Assembly: GCA_002269645.1 (NCBI GenBank)
Contig: NIVC01000594.1
Location: 1-64,000, forward strand
DNA length: 64,000 bases
Direction: 5' to 3'
Source of the DNA: Macrostomum lignano
Taxonomy: Eukaryota
Position numbers and translations under genes: made by a program. Numbering within the stretch: position 1 is the stretch's first letter; every line of letters begins with the position of its first letter. This document shows, one piece after another, positions 37,285 to 54,000 of the stretch. The notes beneath the pieces were generated by a model that did no database searches, had not been told where the DNA came from, and worked only from the letters and a program-made list of their open reading frames with translations.

Positions 37285-39596
37285 CCGATGAAAATTATTG
37301 CGATAACTACCTGTATCGCTATCTAGATATGTGTGCAGCTTTAATCCCTAGCAACTGGTATTGGCGTTACTCCCAGACTGTGCTCCCGCTCTCCTGTCTC
37401 TAAGTACCAGATTTCAGAAAAATTTCCCAATTGTCCGCTATATACTACTTGCATTCGGACTGTCCCTGTTAAATTGGTTTTTCTATTTTACTCCCCGATT
37501 CTATGTTGGAGTATGGCGAGTGGAAGTGCACTGTTTTACTGCTTATTTCTGTATTGAAATGACTTTCACAGTTACTCCTGGTTGTAGCCATTCTGATGCA
37601 TCCTTTCTTTATAACAAAAAATCGCGGTAATAAAAATTATGTTTACTATACTTATAGTAGCATTGCATAACAACAGTTGTACAATATGCGTTGTCAATGT
37701 GTTGCGCTAGGTGAGTGACCCATGTGCACTTTCTACTGTACTAACTGTTGCCACTTGCGTCGTATAAAACACTTTTCGTGTTTCCTTGTAGCTGGCAAGC
37801 GATTTAAGGCACTATTTATGTAATAATAATATTTTTATGCGGCAATTTAAGCTTTCACCTTTGTATACTATATTTGTACACACAGTTTAATAGAGGCGCG
37901 GTGTTACCCCGGTTAAATTAAACCGGTCAATATTCATTAAGGCGTTCCAAAGCATTTTAGTGCGTTCAATAAGACGCCCATGAAGCTCATTCGTCTGCGC
38001 GATGATTTGAAAAATCCACGTTTGTGTTTGTATTGTGTTTGTTTTCATTTCCAGGTGTCAAGCGTAATAGTTGCTATGGCAATTGTTTGTTAATGTATGA
38101 ATAAATATGGTGAATTGCTAATGTATAAGTATATTGCCGCTTATTATATTTTAGCTATTTTCATCCTGACCGATCGTTTTATGACCAATCTCATCGTGTA
38201 ATCCCTCTGTATGCTGTCAGCGTCTTTATTTCGAGACCCTTAGTAATGAGATCTTATTATTGCTTTTTACTAGGCAATTTTTGTCTATAATTATTCCGTT
38301 ACGAAAAGAAAAACCTAAGAAGTGTGCATAATTGTATCCAGTTATGAATAGTCACGCCTGTTTCGTTACTAAAGCTTAGTGTACTTATAAAGCAGATTTA
38401 TTATGTATATGTAATATCTTCAAATAAAGTATCAGTCGTGATGGTCGGTAAAAAATCATCGATTACACCTAAATTGCATGTGATTTTTAATGGACTTTTG
38501 AGTAAAACTTCATTTTAGTAAAAAGAATAACCTCCATAATATTTGTGCTGCTGCCGACTCGAGAAATTACATGTACGAAATTAATGTACGAAGAATGATA
38601 TCTTTTGAACAAGTGACGGGGCCACGATTTTTATCTGGGCCACACGACTGCTGGTTGTTGCAGTCGCAGTCTGGCAAACTACAGTTCTTTTTGGCTAGCC
38701 CATTCTTTGACAGTAGACTGTGAGTGTTCCGAGTACTGTTGCACACCCACCGTATGGAATGAATATTATCTTCAATTAGATTTATCTGGTGTTAAAATGT
38801 GAAAAGTAGATTTTTAGATTATGTTTGCTATATAATTGGGTAATAATTTCATTCCGAAAAGTGAATATTAACAAAGGGAATTTAGGCAATTTTTGTAACA
38901 CAAAATGAAATAAAAAATTGTTATTAATTTACATAAAAATATTATAAGGAAAAACTAATACATATGCCTTCGCATGTTCAATCGTTTAGTGTTAGTGTTA
39001 TATTTTGAATGGCACATTTCAAAGAAAACCCATTAACAGTTTTGCTGTTTTACGTTTTATCGTGATGAAATTGAGCACTAAGTTTTTAGGAAAATAGGTA
39101 AATGCTAATGTTGTTTGTCATTTGAATATGCGCCAGACGAAACAAAGTCAGAGCAGAGTCACACAATGTTTTTAATTCGTAAATCGCTTAAAGTTAGAGC
39201 TGTTCCAATGCCACTTACAAAACTTTTTAAATTAACCACAAATAAAAACAGTTTTGATAAAAAGTTTTTAAGGTACAATATAAATATAAAAAATAAAGCT
39301 AGAATTAATTTTTTATGTAAATTAACCTTAAGCTAAAATGTGCTTTAAAATTACTTCATAAAAGTTATATTAAACATAAAATTTTTAGTAGGCCTATACC
39401 CACAACTACAAACTAGAAGCCTTGTAAAATATAATCACCTTTATAGCATAGACTACAAGTCACCAGATTATCCCATTTATATATTTGAATATTATGTTGT
39501 AGAATCTTTTGTAGGCCTATATTCCTTAATACTTTCAACATTAGTAGCTTTTTGAAATGTTATATATAGGCCCCCCTATATATCTAGTCACTAGAC

Positions 39597-42500
39597 CAGG
39601 GGCGGGCAAACTTTTTAGAGAGTGGGCCAAATAATACTTTCGTTGAACAGCCACGGGCCGGAGCTCAATAACGAGGCAACTTTCTTGGTAGATAGAAATA
39701 CAGTTTAGTTTATTTGCTGTGACGTTGCCAGTTTGAGGTGGTCCCGAAAAGGGCCGTTGGACTACTGTTTCTCTATAGTTTCAACCCTTCAGTTTCACCG
39801 TTTCAACTAAACTTTTCCATTTGTTTATTGCAACGTTTACTTGTAGTAGTGCCCAACGATTTTGTGGCAATTTCCAATTCACTGTATATTTTGCTATCCT
39901 CTCTCGCGACCGTATAAAATTGGCACGATCGATAATTTTAAGTTCTCTCGCCAGCCAATGAAAATCACTCGTGCTTCGCGCTACCCCCCCTCTGCGCTCC
40001 TTTATTAAACCCCCGCCTGGTGGCGGCACTCCTCTCTCCCGTCCTTATCTGTGCTTCTCTCTTCCTCCCGGCCTGTCCTTGGCCTTGTTTTCCTTCTCTC
40101 TGTCTCGGCCAGCCTGTTTACACTGCCTGCCACTGTCTGCCACGGCTAACGCCAATCTCACCACTACGCATCTGCCACTGTTGTACTCATCGCCGTTACT
40201 CACCACGTTGCATCGTCTTGCATCACTCGCCTACCACTTGACTACAATCTCTAACTCACCTTCAAGTCAAAACCATTGTTGCAGCCGCCAGTGCCCCAAA
40301 GCGCAATAAGTTCTATATTGATATTAACCGCATCGAATATTGATCTCAACAATAATAACCAACTACGGCCAGTTTCCGGCCTTGTATGCCAAGTGCTCCG
40401 CTACACAAATCCGCTATCAAGACTTGACTCGATTCATTTGGGACTAAAACGGCCCTTTTAAGGGTCACGGACAACATCAAATAACGTGACATTGCATATC
40501 AAGCTTTTAATAGTAGGTTTCATTACAATTAGTGGAATACATGTATCATTGAATATGCAGATATTTGCTTTATATAAAGTCGAATTAACAAATGAGAAGT
40601 TTAAATAATAATGACATTTAAAAAATTACGTAACTGCTCTTACTTCTGATGGCAATAACATCAGCGCTGATGAAAAAGTTATTAGTTACTTGCTACAGAT
40701 GATACAGTTGATATTTAATGAAGGAAAATAGTACTAGCAATAGAAAAAATGGACAATAAAAAGTGACATTGACAGGGAATTATAATAGGAAAGATACAAA
40801 AAGAAATACATTGACAAAATGCTCGAACAATGATGGGCAGTGATAGCATGCCGTTAGAGGAGATAATGATGACAAATTTTGGTTGACAGACATGCCCAAT
40901 CTACAGTCTGTTAGCAGAAATTCAGTCATTTGAACTTAATGAGATGGGTGGTACTGTCTGCCCTGAAGAAGTGCTTCAAAATCCGGCTTGATAGACGAAG
41001 TAGACAGCAGAAGGATATCATTAAGATGGCGGTCTGAAATCTGGGAACGAAGGCGAGATTTGGTGAAGCTCATTTTGGAAAACAGCTGTTCGCAGCAATA
41101 GGTGCTCCCAAACATGGCCACAATACGTTGAACATGGGCGATGTAGTTTGGAAAGTTGTTGGATGGGAGAACAAGGTCCCGAAAGAAGGCTAGAAGGGAG
41201 GAAGTGCAGAACTTTGCCTTCAGTCCATCGTTGCACTGCAGCTCAACCAACTCCATCTGCAGGGCAGCTGGGGCATCATCCACTGAGCAGTCAAAGGGAG
41301 CAGTGAGGAGCTTGAAGTCCACAGCCAGGTGTCTGACTCCTGCAAAGCGGGAGGCAAACTCCTCCCGCAGAGAAGCCACAACCCCTGCGCAAGTGACCAG
41401 GTCCACGTCATCTGGGGCACAGGCAGCAAGACGAGGAAAGTGCACAAACTGACCAGCAGTCAGCTGAGCCTCCCACAAGCGTAGCTTGACCTCGAATGCA
41501 GTGATCTCAGCGTGCATGTCCGTCACAAGAATTTCTTGGCCTTAAAGTTTTATATTGAGGGCATTCAGGTGTGCAGTGACATCAGTCAGCAAGGCCAGGC
41601 GAGCAAGCCATTTTGGGTCAGAAAAGCAGTCCGCATGGGGCAGATTCTTCTGGCGCAAAAATGTGACAATCTCCTGCTGCAGGTCACACACACGAGAAAG
41701 CATGGCCCCACGGCTCAGCCAGCGGACTTTGCAGAAGTAGAGCAGGTCTCCATATTGCGCATTCACCTCGTCCACTAGAGTCTGGAACTGGCGATGGTTG
41801 AGGCTGCTAGAGAGGATGGAGTTGACAACTTTCACCACAATTGACATGACATCAGCAAGTTTGGCAGACTTGGCGCACAGGGCCTCCTGATGAATAATGC
41901 AATGCATCTTTTGTATTGGCTGGGTATGGCTGGCAGCCTCACAGTGATGCACTAGCAGTGATGCGGCGCCTTTCCTCTCTCCAGTCATTGCTGGGGCACC
42001 ATCGGTCGTCACACACACAAGGCGAGAAAGATCAAGTGAGTGCTGCTCAACACACTGAAGCACAGCATCAAATATGTCCTTGCCAGTGGTGGTGCCATGC
42101 AGTGGGACAAGCTGCAGAAACTCCTCGTGAATCTTGAGGTCAGCAGTGACTCCTCGGATAAAAATGGCCAGCTGGGCTGTATCTTTCATGTCAGTGCTCT
42201 CGTCAAGAGCTAGGGAGAAGGCAACTAGATCAGAGCAGCAGGTCTTCAGCAAGTCGTGCACATTGTCCGACATCTCCTCAATGCGCCGTCGAACAGTACG
42301 GGATGAGAGGCTCACGCTCTCAAAAGCAGAACGCTGTTCTGGACAGACAGAGTTCACCACAGTCACAAGGCACTCCTTGATGAAGTCCCCATCATCCGAG
42401 AAAGGCTTCATCCGGCAAGCTAGTAGATGGGAGACCTCGTAGCTTGCACGAGTCACCTTGTCGGCCTCAGTGGTCTGCTTGCGGAAGAGCAAAGTCGTCT

Positions 42501-43286
42501 TCTGCAGGTTGCCAGACAGCTTTGTGATAGCTTCTTTCTTCTTATCAGCAGGCATTGAAGCATAGGCTGATGTTTGGTGATTAGTTTCCCAGTGGCGACG
42601 CACATTGAATTCTTTAAGGACAGCCACAATCTTAAAACAGATAAGACACTGCGCCTGGCCAAAGCGCTCAACAAAAAAGTACTTCTCCTGCCAATCAGCT
42701 TTAAAGGCCCGACACTCGAGATCTACTTTTCTCTTTTTAGCAGGTTGAGGTGTAGTAGACATGATTAGATAGATAGATGGGAGGCACACTGTGACACTGA
42801 GGGAAATTTTATTTTAGGGGAACTTTTAGTTAATAGGCACATAAATAAACAGATTCGGGAGGAGGTGGTCTACCAACAGCAGGCTGCAGCCTGCTAAACA
42901 ATGCAGGGGCCAAACCAACTCTTTTCTCTCTGGATAATATAACAATGTCTAAGGCTTAATAGGAAGACTGCTAGAAAGGGGAAGAGAACTTATGGATGTA
43001 CGCCACGTGCCCAGAGGGACAGACAGCCAAATTGAGCTTAAGGTTGGGCACTGCCCATACCTTCGAATCTTAGAATTTGACAATATACTATATAAAGGGA
43101 GAGGGGAATAAGTCTTTGTTTGCTTATTAGAGTCTAGACTCCTTAGTAGAGCCTTAGAATCTGGAAAATCTAGTGCCAGACTTATGCGGGCCGGATTTTA
43201 ATGCAAATGAGAAGCTATGTGGCGGGCCAGAAAATAAAGCCTCGCAGGCCGGATCTGGCCCGCGGGCCGGAGTTTGCCCGCCCTAG
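39597..43286 (-). mobile_element. Full-length hAT DNA transposon, Buster/Charlie/SPIN group (3690 bp)
   Basis: TIRs CAGGGGCGGGCAAACT (39597) and AGTTTGCCCGCCCTAG (43271-43286); perfect 8-bp TSD CACTAGAC (39589-39596 and 43287-43294) with a central TA; GCGGGCC subterminal motifs; internal transposase. Confidence 0.95.
40936..42762 (-). pseudogene. hAT transposase (GTF2IRD2/SPIN-like) with one in-frame stop at 41542-41544
   Basis: ORFs 41542-42789 and 40936-41526 are in the same frame. N-terminal zinc finger CLIC...RRHWETNH, FSLALDESTD, VTTDGAPAM, HCIIHQEALC, VRWLS, FGSTYCCEQLFS. The conserved LQG motif reads L*G (TAA from CAA). Confidence 0.93.
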
Positions 43287-45048
43287 CACTAGACAAATAA
43301 CAACTGCCATATATACATATTTAAATATATATGGAATAGCCTTTTTGCTATTTGTCCAGTTAAATTGCTAACACAAATATCTAATACACACTAACACACA
43401 CAGAGAGAAGAAGATTATTAAAATTTTAAAAAGTTTATTAAAATAAGATATTAAAATTTAGTATAAAAATGCTATTGACTCTAAGTATATATTTTCTTTT
43501 TTAAAGATGGTTTTGATCTATAAAAAGATTCTATAATTCAAATATTGATTTAATCTACTTGTCTCTTACTAATATCTTAATTAGACTTATTATTGTAGAT
43601 TGTATATTACATTTCTTTTTATATAAATGTTTAATTAATTTGTAATTATTTGTATATTCTTAAAGCTAGGCCTAATCCATAGTTTAGATTATGTAATTTT
43701 TATGTACGAACAAGAATCCTATCTTAGCTAAATGTATACCAGTATATACCAAAAATGGAATATTTAAATAAATAGTATACTAAAAATTCTTCTTAAAAGG
43801 TCATTTAGTTTTCATGAGTTAAGTTTCTTTAGAAAGGTTTTTGTAAGAAAATTCTTTTTAAATATTATAAATATTTTTATTTTAGACAAAATAAACTATA
43901 GGGTCTACCTAAAAAATGATGCATAGTTTAATTTTTTAGCCATAGTTTTCAGTAATTTTATTTAATGTCAATTGTAAAAAAGCAAAAAGGTTATCATTGA
44001 CTTTCTAAAGTATATAAATTTTCCTTTATTTTTATGTAAACACATTTATTTATATTAATTGGCATGAATCTGGCATAAGTTTAGCACAAGTTGATGTACC
44101 AAAAATTTACTCAAGCTCAAAGGGGTATACCAAAGTGGTATGCCAAAAAGTTGAACTATTCACTAATATGATAACATTTTCTAGCATATTAGTAACCTTC
44201 CAAAGTGTGGGGCCTAATGTATGATATTTATTTATATAGATCTAGAAAATAGTTCTATATATATAGCATAGCTTATAGAATATTTCTTTGCAATTTTTAT
44301 GGCTAATTTATAATAACATTTAAAGTTAAATAAATTTAAATTTTACAATTGTCTCAAAAGTTTCTAGATTAAGATCATCATTTTTAAGGAATACCCAAGC
44401 CAGCTAAAAATAGATACTGTATATAACTATGTTTAATAATAATAAAATATTAAAAAAGAATTACAGAAATGATAAAAGATATGAACAATCTCCTAGCAAA
44501 GTTCAAAGTTTTTTAATATGATTTCTGTAGTCTATGGTTACATTAGTATCATGTTGATCCAACTATGGACATTGTATTAAAATGTTGACTTTTGGCATAA
44601 GATTGCACATTGTTTTTATCTATTTTTGACTGATTGTTCCAGTATTTTGTTATTGAACAACTTTGTATTTAAAATTGTATCTAAATATACCATTTCAACT
44701 TTGGTTTTGGCAAATGTGTTAGTCTTGCTGCAATAGATGCGCACTAGGCATTTTTCCAATGCTTCTTAGCAAATGTCAGTTTTAATGGTGCTGCCAAAAT
44801 TGCCCCCCTCCCAATAAAAGTCTAAGTCAGTCTCAGAGCCTGCAAGTCAGTTTCTGTCACAGGCATATAGTGACTGACTGCTGGTTTGGCTAGGCTGCCA
44901 AATTTAACACACCTTTGCCAAAACAAAATTTAAACTGACATATTTCAGCTGGCTTGAGCATTCCTGTAAAAATGGGGACCTCAGTCCAGAAATTTTTGAG
45001 ATACCCCTCGTACTAGTAGGTTAAAGTTCTGATTTTGGCAACATACAT

Positions 45049-45153
45049 GCGCAACCTTGGGAATCACCTGGCTGTTTCTATTGAGCCGTTCCAATATCAA
45101 CTTACATGTGTGTGTTGCCAATAGAAATGGCCGGGTGAATCCATAGGTTCCGC
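45049..45153. mobile_element. Small hairpin/MITE-like element with 35-bp imperfect inverted repeats
   Basis: 45049-45083 and 45119-45153 are reverse complements; the right arm recurs at 33961-33995. Confidence 0.6.
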
Positions 45154-45229
45154 CCAAGCATGGGCAAGGTCGAATGCTTTTCTATTGCTAGTAAATAGGC
45201 CTTAGAACCAATATTCTAGAGAAGTGAGA

Positions 45230-45705
45230 GGAAAATAGAGGAGAGGGAAGAGAAGAGGAGAGGGAGAAGAGGAGAGGGAGAAGTGGAGAGGGTGAAGAGG
45301 AGAGGGAGAAGAGGAGAGGGAGAAGAGGAGAGGGAGGAGAGTAGAGGGTGAAGAGTAGAGGGAGAAGAGGAGAGGGTGAAGAGTAGAGGGAGAAGAGGAG
45401 AGGGAGGAGAGGAGAGGGTGAAGAGGAGAGGGAGAAGAGGAGAGGGAGGAGAGTAGAGGGTGAAGAGTAGAGGGAGAAGAGGAGAGGGTGAAGAGTAGAG
45501 AGAGAAGAGGAGAGGGAGGAGTGGAGAGGGTGAAGAGGAGAGGGAGGAGTGGAGAGGGTGAAGAGGAGAGGGAGGAGAGTACGGTAGAGGGAGAAGAGGA
45601 GAGGGTGAAGAGGAGAGGGAGGAGAGTAGAGGGAGAAGAGGAGAGGGAGAAGAGGAGAGGGAGGAGAGGAGAGGGAGGAGAAGAGAGGGAGGAGAAGAGA
45701 TAGAC
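45230..45705 (+). repeat. Purine-rich tandem repeat (GAGAGGGAGAAGAGGAG variants)
   Basis: Directly visible. Confidence 0.95.
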
Positions 45706-46410
45706 CTTGAACAGGTGGGATTGCTATTTGTGAAGTTTGAGCATTTCATTGGGCCGTTGAACTGTACAGGCAGTGCAATGTTTAACATCTAATTGCATCT
45801 ATAATAGTCAAAGTGCAAGCATGGACGCTGTAACTTTGGGGGCAACTCATGAGTAGCACAGCAGGAGTTCATAGAGTGCTAAATGAATTATGCTTGAAGT
45901 AGATTGATATCTATAAGCATAGCCATGTCTTAGCCAACTCAGTTTTTTAATTTCTCATCAAATGCACATTTACCTTATAATGTTGCTAGTCTTCCTCCAC
46001 TTGTACAGCCAGCTGAGTGCGTTCAGACTCTCTGGCCTTCTCTCCGCCATCACACTTGCGCGCGACTTCTCTCGTTCACTGGTTTAATTCTCCTACACAG
46101 GGGGGGGGGTAGTAAAGCTGAGAGTGGGGCGGAAGGTTAACTAGCAAGCACTGTCATCTTTTTCCTTCTCTCTTCTAGGGGTTTTTTGTTACAAAAGGGT
46201 GACTGGGCGAGCGCTGAATCTGAGCCAGTGCTGACAGGCAATCTCATTGTACTAATGAAACTTCTCAACAAAAGCAATCGGAAAAAGAAACTTGATAAGT
46301 GATGCGTAAATGAATCCGATTTCAGCTTCATAACAGACTAACTGCAACAGCAGCTGTACACAGTTGTCGCCTTGTGTTAGGGATACGAGTGAAGGTCGGC
46401 CTAGGCAGCC

Positions 46411-49810
<3,400 letters not shown>

Positions 49811-51064
49811 GTAGGCAGGAGCTGGAGCCGGCTAAACCGCGCTGAACAAAGTGCCAACTGATCAGCTTCAATATCTAGTAAATTTATGTAATTGCAGCAG
49901 ACACCAGCAAACACATTCTGTACAGATGAGGGCGACTTTGCTTTCAATAATGAATCATTTAAGCAGGCGTTTAGCGAATCTCAAGCTGTGTTTTTACTTC
50001 CCATTTTATATCCCCGTTCCTGTAGAGCAGTGCAGATGTGTAGCAATGGACACACACTATTATATATAATTAACCAATATTTTTCCGTACGCGATCAGAC
50101 TACCAATAATGCTTTCCTGCGCCAAGAGTGCAAACATTTTGTTTCATTATTAACAGACAAGGCGTGTAGCTATCTCATTGTTGACAGCATGATTTTTCAG
50201 TAGTGCATGCCATTGGCGAGCAAAGTTCACAATTTTGTTAAGCGCCAATTATCCGCTGCTTCCCTATGATGAATGCTATGCAATCTGTTTAGCAAGAATA
50301 TATTTGATTATTAATAACTGAAGACTGCACAGCTGTCTCAACTGACTGCTTTCATTATTAATCAGATTGCGCGGCAGTTGCGCGCCTATACAAGGAATGA
50401 ATCCGATACGGTTTCGTTTATTTGTACAGCTCAGCGCTGTGTACGACTATGGCAGGAATATTGACCAGCATTTCGTGTTAAATCATAGTTGTCTATTACT
50501 GTTTAACATTATGCATTGGTTTTGCACTTTTGTGTAATGAGACCTATTGGAATAGCGAATAATAAAACATAAAATTTAATATCGATAAATAATTCAGATA
50601 CTAAATAACCAGATATCACTCGCAAAAATGCGCTTACCTACTTTTTAGTAGCAAAATTAGCGTTTTTTGCTTTTATCATAGGAAAATGATAAAAAGTTAA
50701 AACTATCACAAGATATTTCCGGTTTTTGAAAAATCAGCTTATGCTCGAAGCACATCCTATTCGAAACATATTCATAACTTCATACGCCGCCGCCACACAA
50801 TAAATTTCTGCGTCCTACTTTAATTTCGAGTAACATCTAGTTATTAAAGTAGCTGTGGTAAATACTAAATACTCTACTGTCAGTAGTAAAAGTAGTCGAG
50901 TGAAATTTTCGCAAACAGCAATGCAACGGGCATCGGAGCAATAAATTCTATTGATGCCCACTGACATCCATCTGTATTGAAACAGCCGTATAGTAAGAAT
51001 GGAGGCCAACCAAACCACGAAGAGGCACAATTTAGGGCAAGCTGTTTAAAAATCCACAAGATCA

Positions 51065-54000
51065 TCAGGAGGCGCTTGGCTTTTTCAAGTGCCACAGTGG
51101 CCCGGCTGAAATTGCAGGTGAAATTTCTAGCTTGAGCTAGATGTCATTAGCGCTCTGGGAGCAATAATGTCATGTGGGATTCAGCTGAGGGATCTGGGAG
51201 GGTGTGGGATTCAGCTGAGGGATCTGAGAGGGTGTGGGATTCAGCTGAGGGATCTGGGAGGGAACATGATTCAGCTGAGGGATCTGGGAGGGAGTGGGAT
51301 TCAGCTGAGGGATCTGAGAGGAAATATAATTCAGCAGAGGGATCTGGGAGGGAACATGATTCAGCTGAGGGATCTGGGAGGGAGTATGATTCAGCTGAGG
51401 GATCTGAGAGGGTGTGGGATTCAGCTGAGGGATCTGAGAGGGTGTGAGATTCAGCTGAGGGATCTGGGAGGGAATATGATTCAGCTGAGGGATCTGGGAG
51501 GGAACATGATTCAGCTGAGGGATCTGGGAGGGAACATGATTCAGCTGAGGGATCTGAGAGGGCGTGGGATTCAGCTGAGGGATCTATGAGGGAATATGAT
51601 TCAGCTGAGGGATCTGGGAGGGTGTGGGATTCAGCTGAGGGATCTGAGAGGGAACATGATTCAGCTGAGGGATCTGGGAGGGAGTGGGATTCAGCTGAGG
51701 GATCTGAGAGGGAATATGATTCAGCTGAGGGATCTGGGAGGGAACATGATTCAGCTGAGGGATCTGGGAGGGAGTATGATTCAGCTGAGGGATCTGAGAG
51801 GGTGTGGGATTCAGCTGAGGGATCTGAGAGGGTGTGAGATTCAGCTGAGGGATCTGGGAGGGAATATGATTCAGCTGAGGGATCTGGGAGGGAACATGAT
51901 TCAGCTGAGGGATCTGGGAGGGAACATGATTCAGCTGAGGGATCTGGGAGGGAATATGATTCAGCTGAGGGATCTGGGAGGGAATATGATTCAGCTGAGG
52001 GATCTGGGAGGGAACATGATTCAGCTGAGGGATCTGGGAGGGTGTGGGATTCAGCTGAGGGATCTGAGAGGGAACATGATTCAGCTGAGGGATCTGAGAG
52101 GGAATATGATTCAGCTGAGGGATCTGGGAGGGAACATGATTCAGCTGAGGGATCTGGGAGGGAGTATGATTCAGCTGAGGGATCTGAGAGGGTGTGGGAT
52201 TCAGCTGAGGGATCTGAGAGGGTGTGGGATTCAGCTGAGGGATCTGGGAGGGAATATGATTCAGCTGAGGGATCTGGGAGGGAACATGATTCAGCTGAGG
52301 GATCTGGGAGGGAACATGATTCAGCTGAGGGATCTGGGAGGGAGTGGGATTCAGCTGAGGGATCTGAGAGGGAATATGATTCAGCTGAGGGATCTGGGAG
52401 GGAACATGATTCAGCTGAGGGATCTGGGAGGGAGTATGATTCAGCTGAGGGATCTGAGAGGGTGTGGGATTCAGCTGAGGGATCTGAGAGGGTGTGAGAT
52501 TCAGCTGAGGGATCTGGGAGGGAATATGATTCAGCTGAGGGATCTGGGAGGGAACATGATTCAGCTGAGGGATCTGGGAGGGAACATGATTCAGCTGAGG
52601 GATCTGAGAGGGTGTGGGATTCAGCTGAGGGATCTGGGAGGGAACATGATTCAGCTGAGGGATCTGGGAGGGTGTGGGATTCAGCTGAGGGATCTGAGAG
52701 GGAACATGATTCAGCTGAGGGATCTGGGAGGGAGTGGGATTCAGCTGAGGGATCTGAGAGGGAATATGATTCAGCTGAGGGATCTGGGAGGGAACATGAT
52801 TCAGCTGAGGGATCTGGGAGGGAGTATGATTCAGCTGAGGGATCTGAGAGGGTGTGGGATTCAGCTGAGGGATCTGAGAGGGTGTGAGATTCAGCTGAGG
52901 GATCTGGGAGGGAATATGATTCAGCTGAGGGATCTGGGAGGGAACATGATTCAGCTGAGGGATCTGGGAGGGAACATGATTCAGCTGAGGGATCTGGGAG
53001 GGAATATGATTCAGCTGAGGGATCTGGGAGGGAATATGATTCAGCTGAGGGATCTGGGAGGGAACATGATTCAGCTGAGGGATCTGGGAGGGTGTGGGAT
53101 TCAGCTGAGGGATCTGAGAGGGAACATGATTCAGCTGAGGGATCTGAGAGGGAATATGATTCAGCAGAGGGATCTGGGAGGGAACATGATTCAGCTGAGG
53201 GATCTGGGAGGGAGTATGATTCAGCTGAGGGATCTGAGAGGGTGTGGGATTCAGCTGAGGGATCTGAGAGGGTGTGAGATTCAGCTGAGGGATCTGGGAG
53301 GGAATATGATTCAGCTGAGGGATCTGGGAGGGAACATGATTCAGCTGAGGGATCTGGGAGGGAACATGATTCAGCTGAGGGATCTGAGAGGGTGTGGGAT
53401 TCAGCTGAGGGATCTATGAGGGAATATGATTCAGCTGAGGGATCTGGGAGGGAGTGGGATTCAGCTGAGGGATCTGAGAGGGAACATGATTCAGCTGAGG
53501 GATCTGAGAGGGTGTGGGATTCAGCTGAGGGATCTGAGAGGGAGTGGGATTCAGCTGAGGGATCTGAGAGGGAACATGATTCAGCTGAGGGATCTGGGAG
53601 GGTGTGGGATTCAGCTGAGGGATCTGAGAGGGAACATGATTCAGCTGAGGGATCTGGGAGGGAATATGATTCAGCTGAGGGATCTGGGAGGGAACATGAT
53701 TCAGCTGAGGGATCTGAGAGGGAACATGATTCAGCTGAGGGATCTGGGAGGGAGTGGGATTCAGCTGAGGGATCTGGGAGGGAACATGATTCAGCTGAGG
53801 GATCTGGGAGGGAGTATGATTCAGCTGAGGGATCTGAGAGGGTGTGGGATTCAGCTGAGGGATCTGAGAGGGTGTGAGATTCAGCTGAGGGATCTGGGAG
53901 GGAATATGATTCAGCTGAGGGATCTGGGAGGGAACATGATTCAGCTGAGGGATCTGGGAGGGAACATGATTCAGCTGAGGGATCTGAGAGGGTGTGGGAT

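Noticed and set aside
39748-40459. 12-bp inverted repeat AAAAGGGCCGTT/AACGGCCCTTTT inside the hAT as a nested element
   Set aside because: Too short and no TSD; may be chance or subterminal structure.
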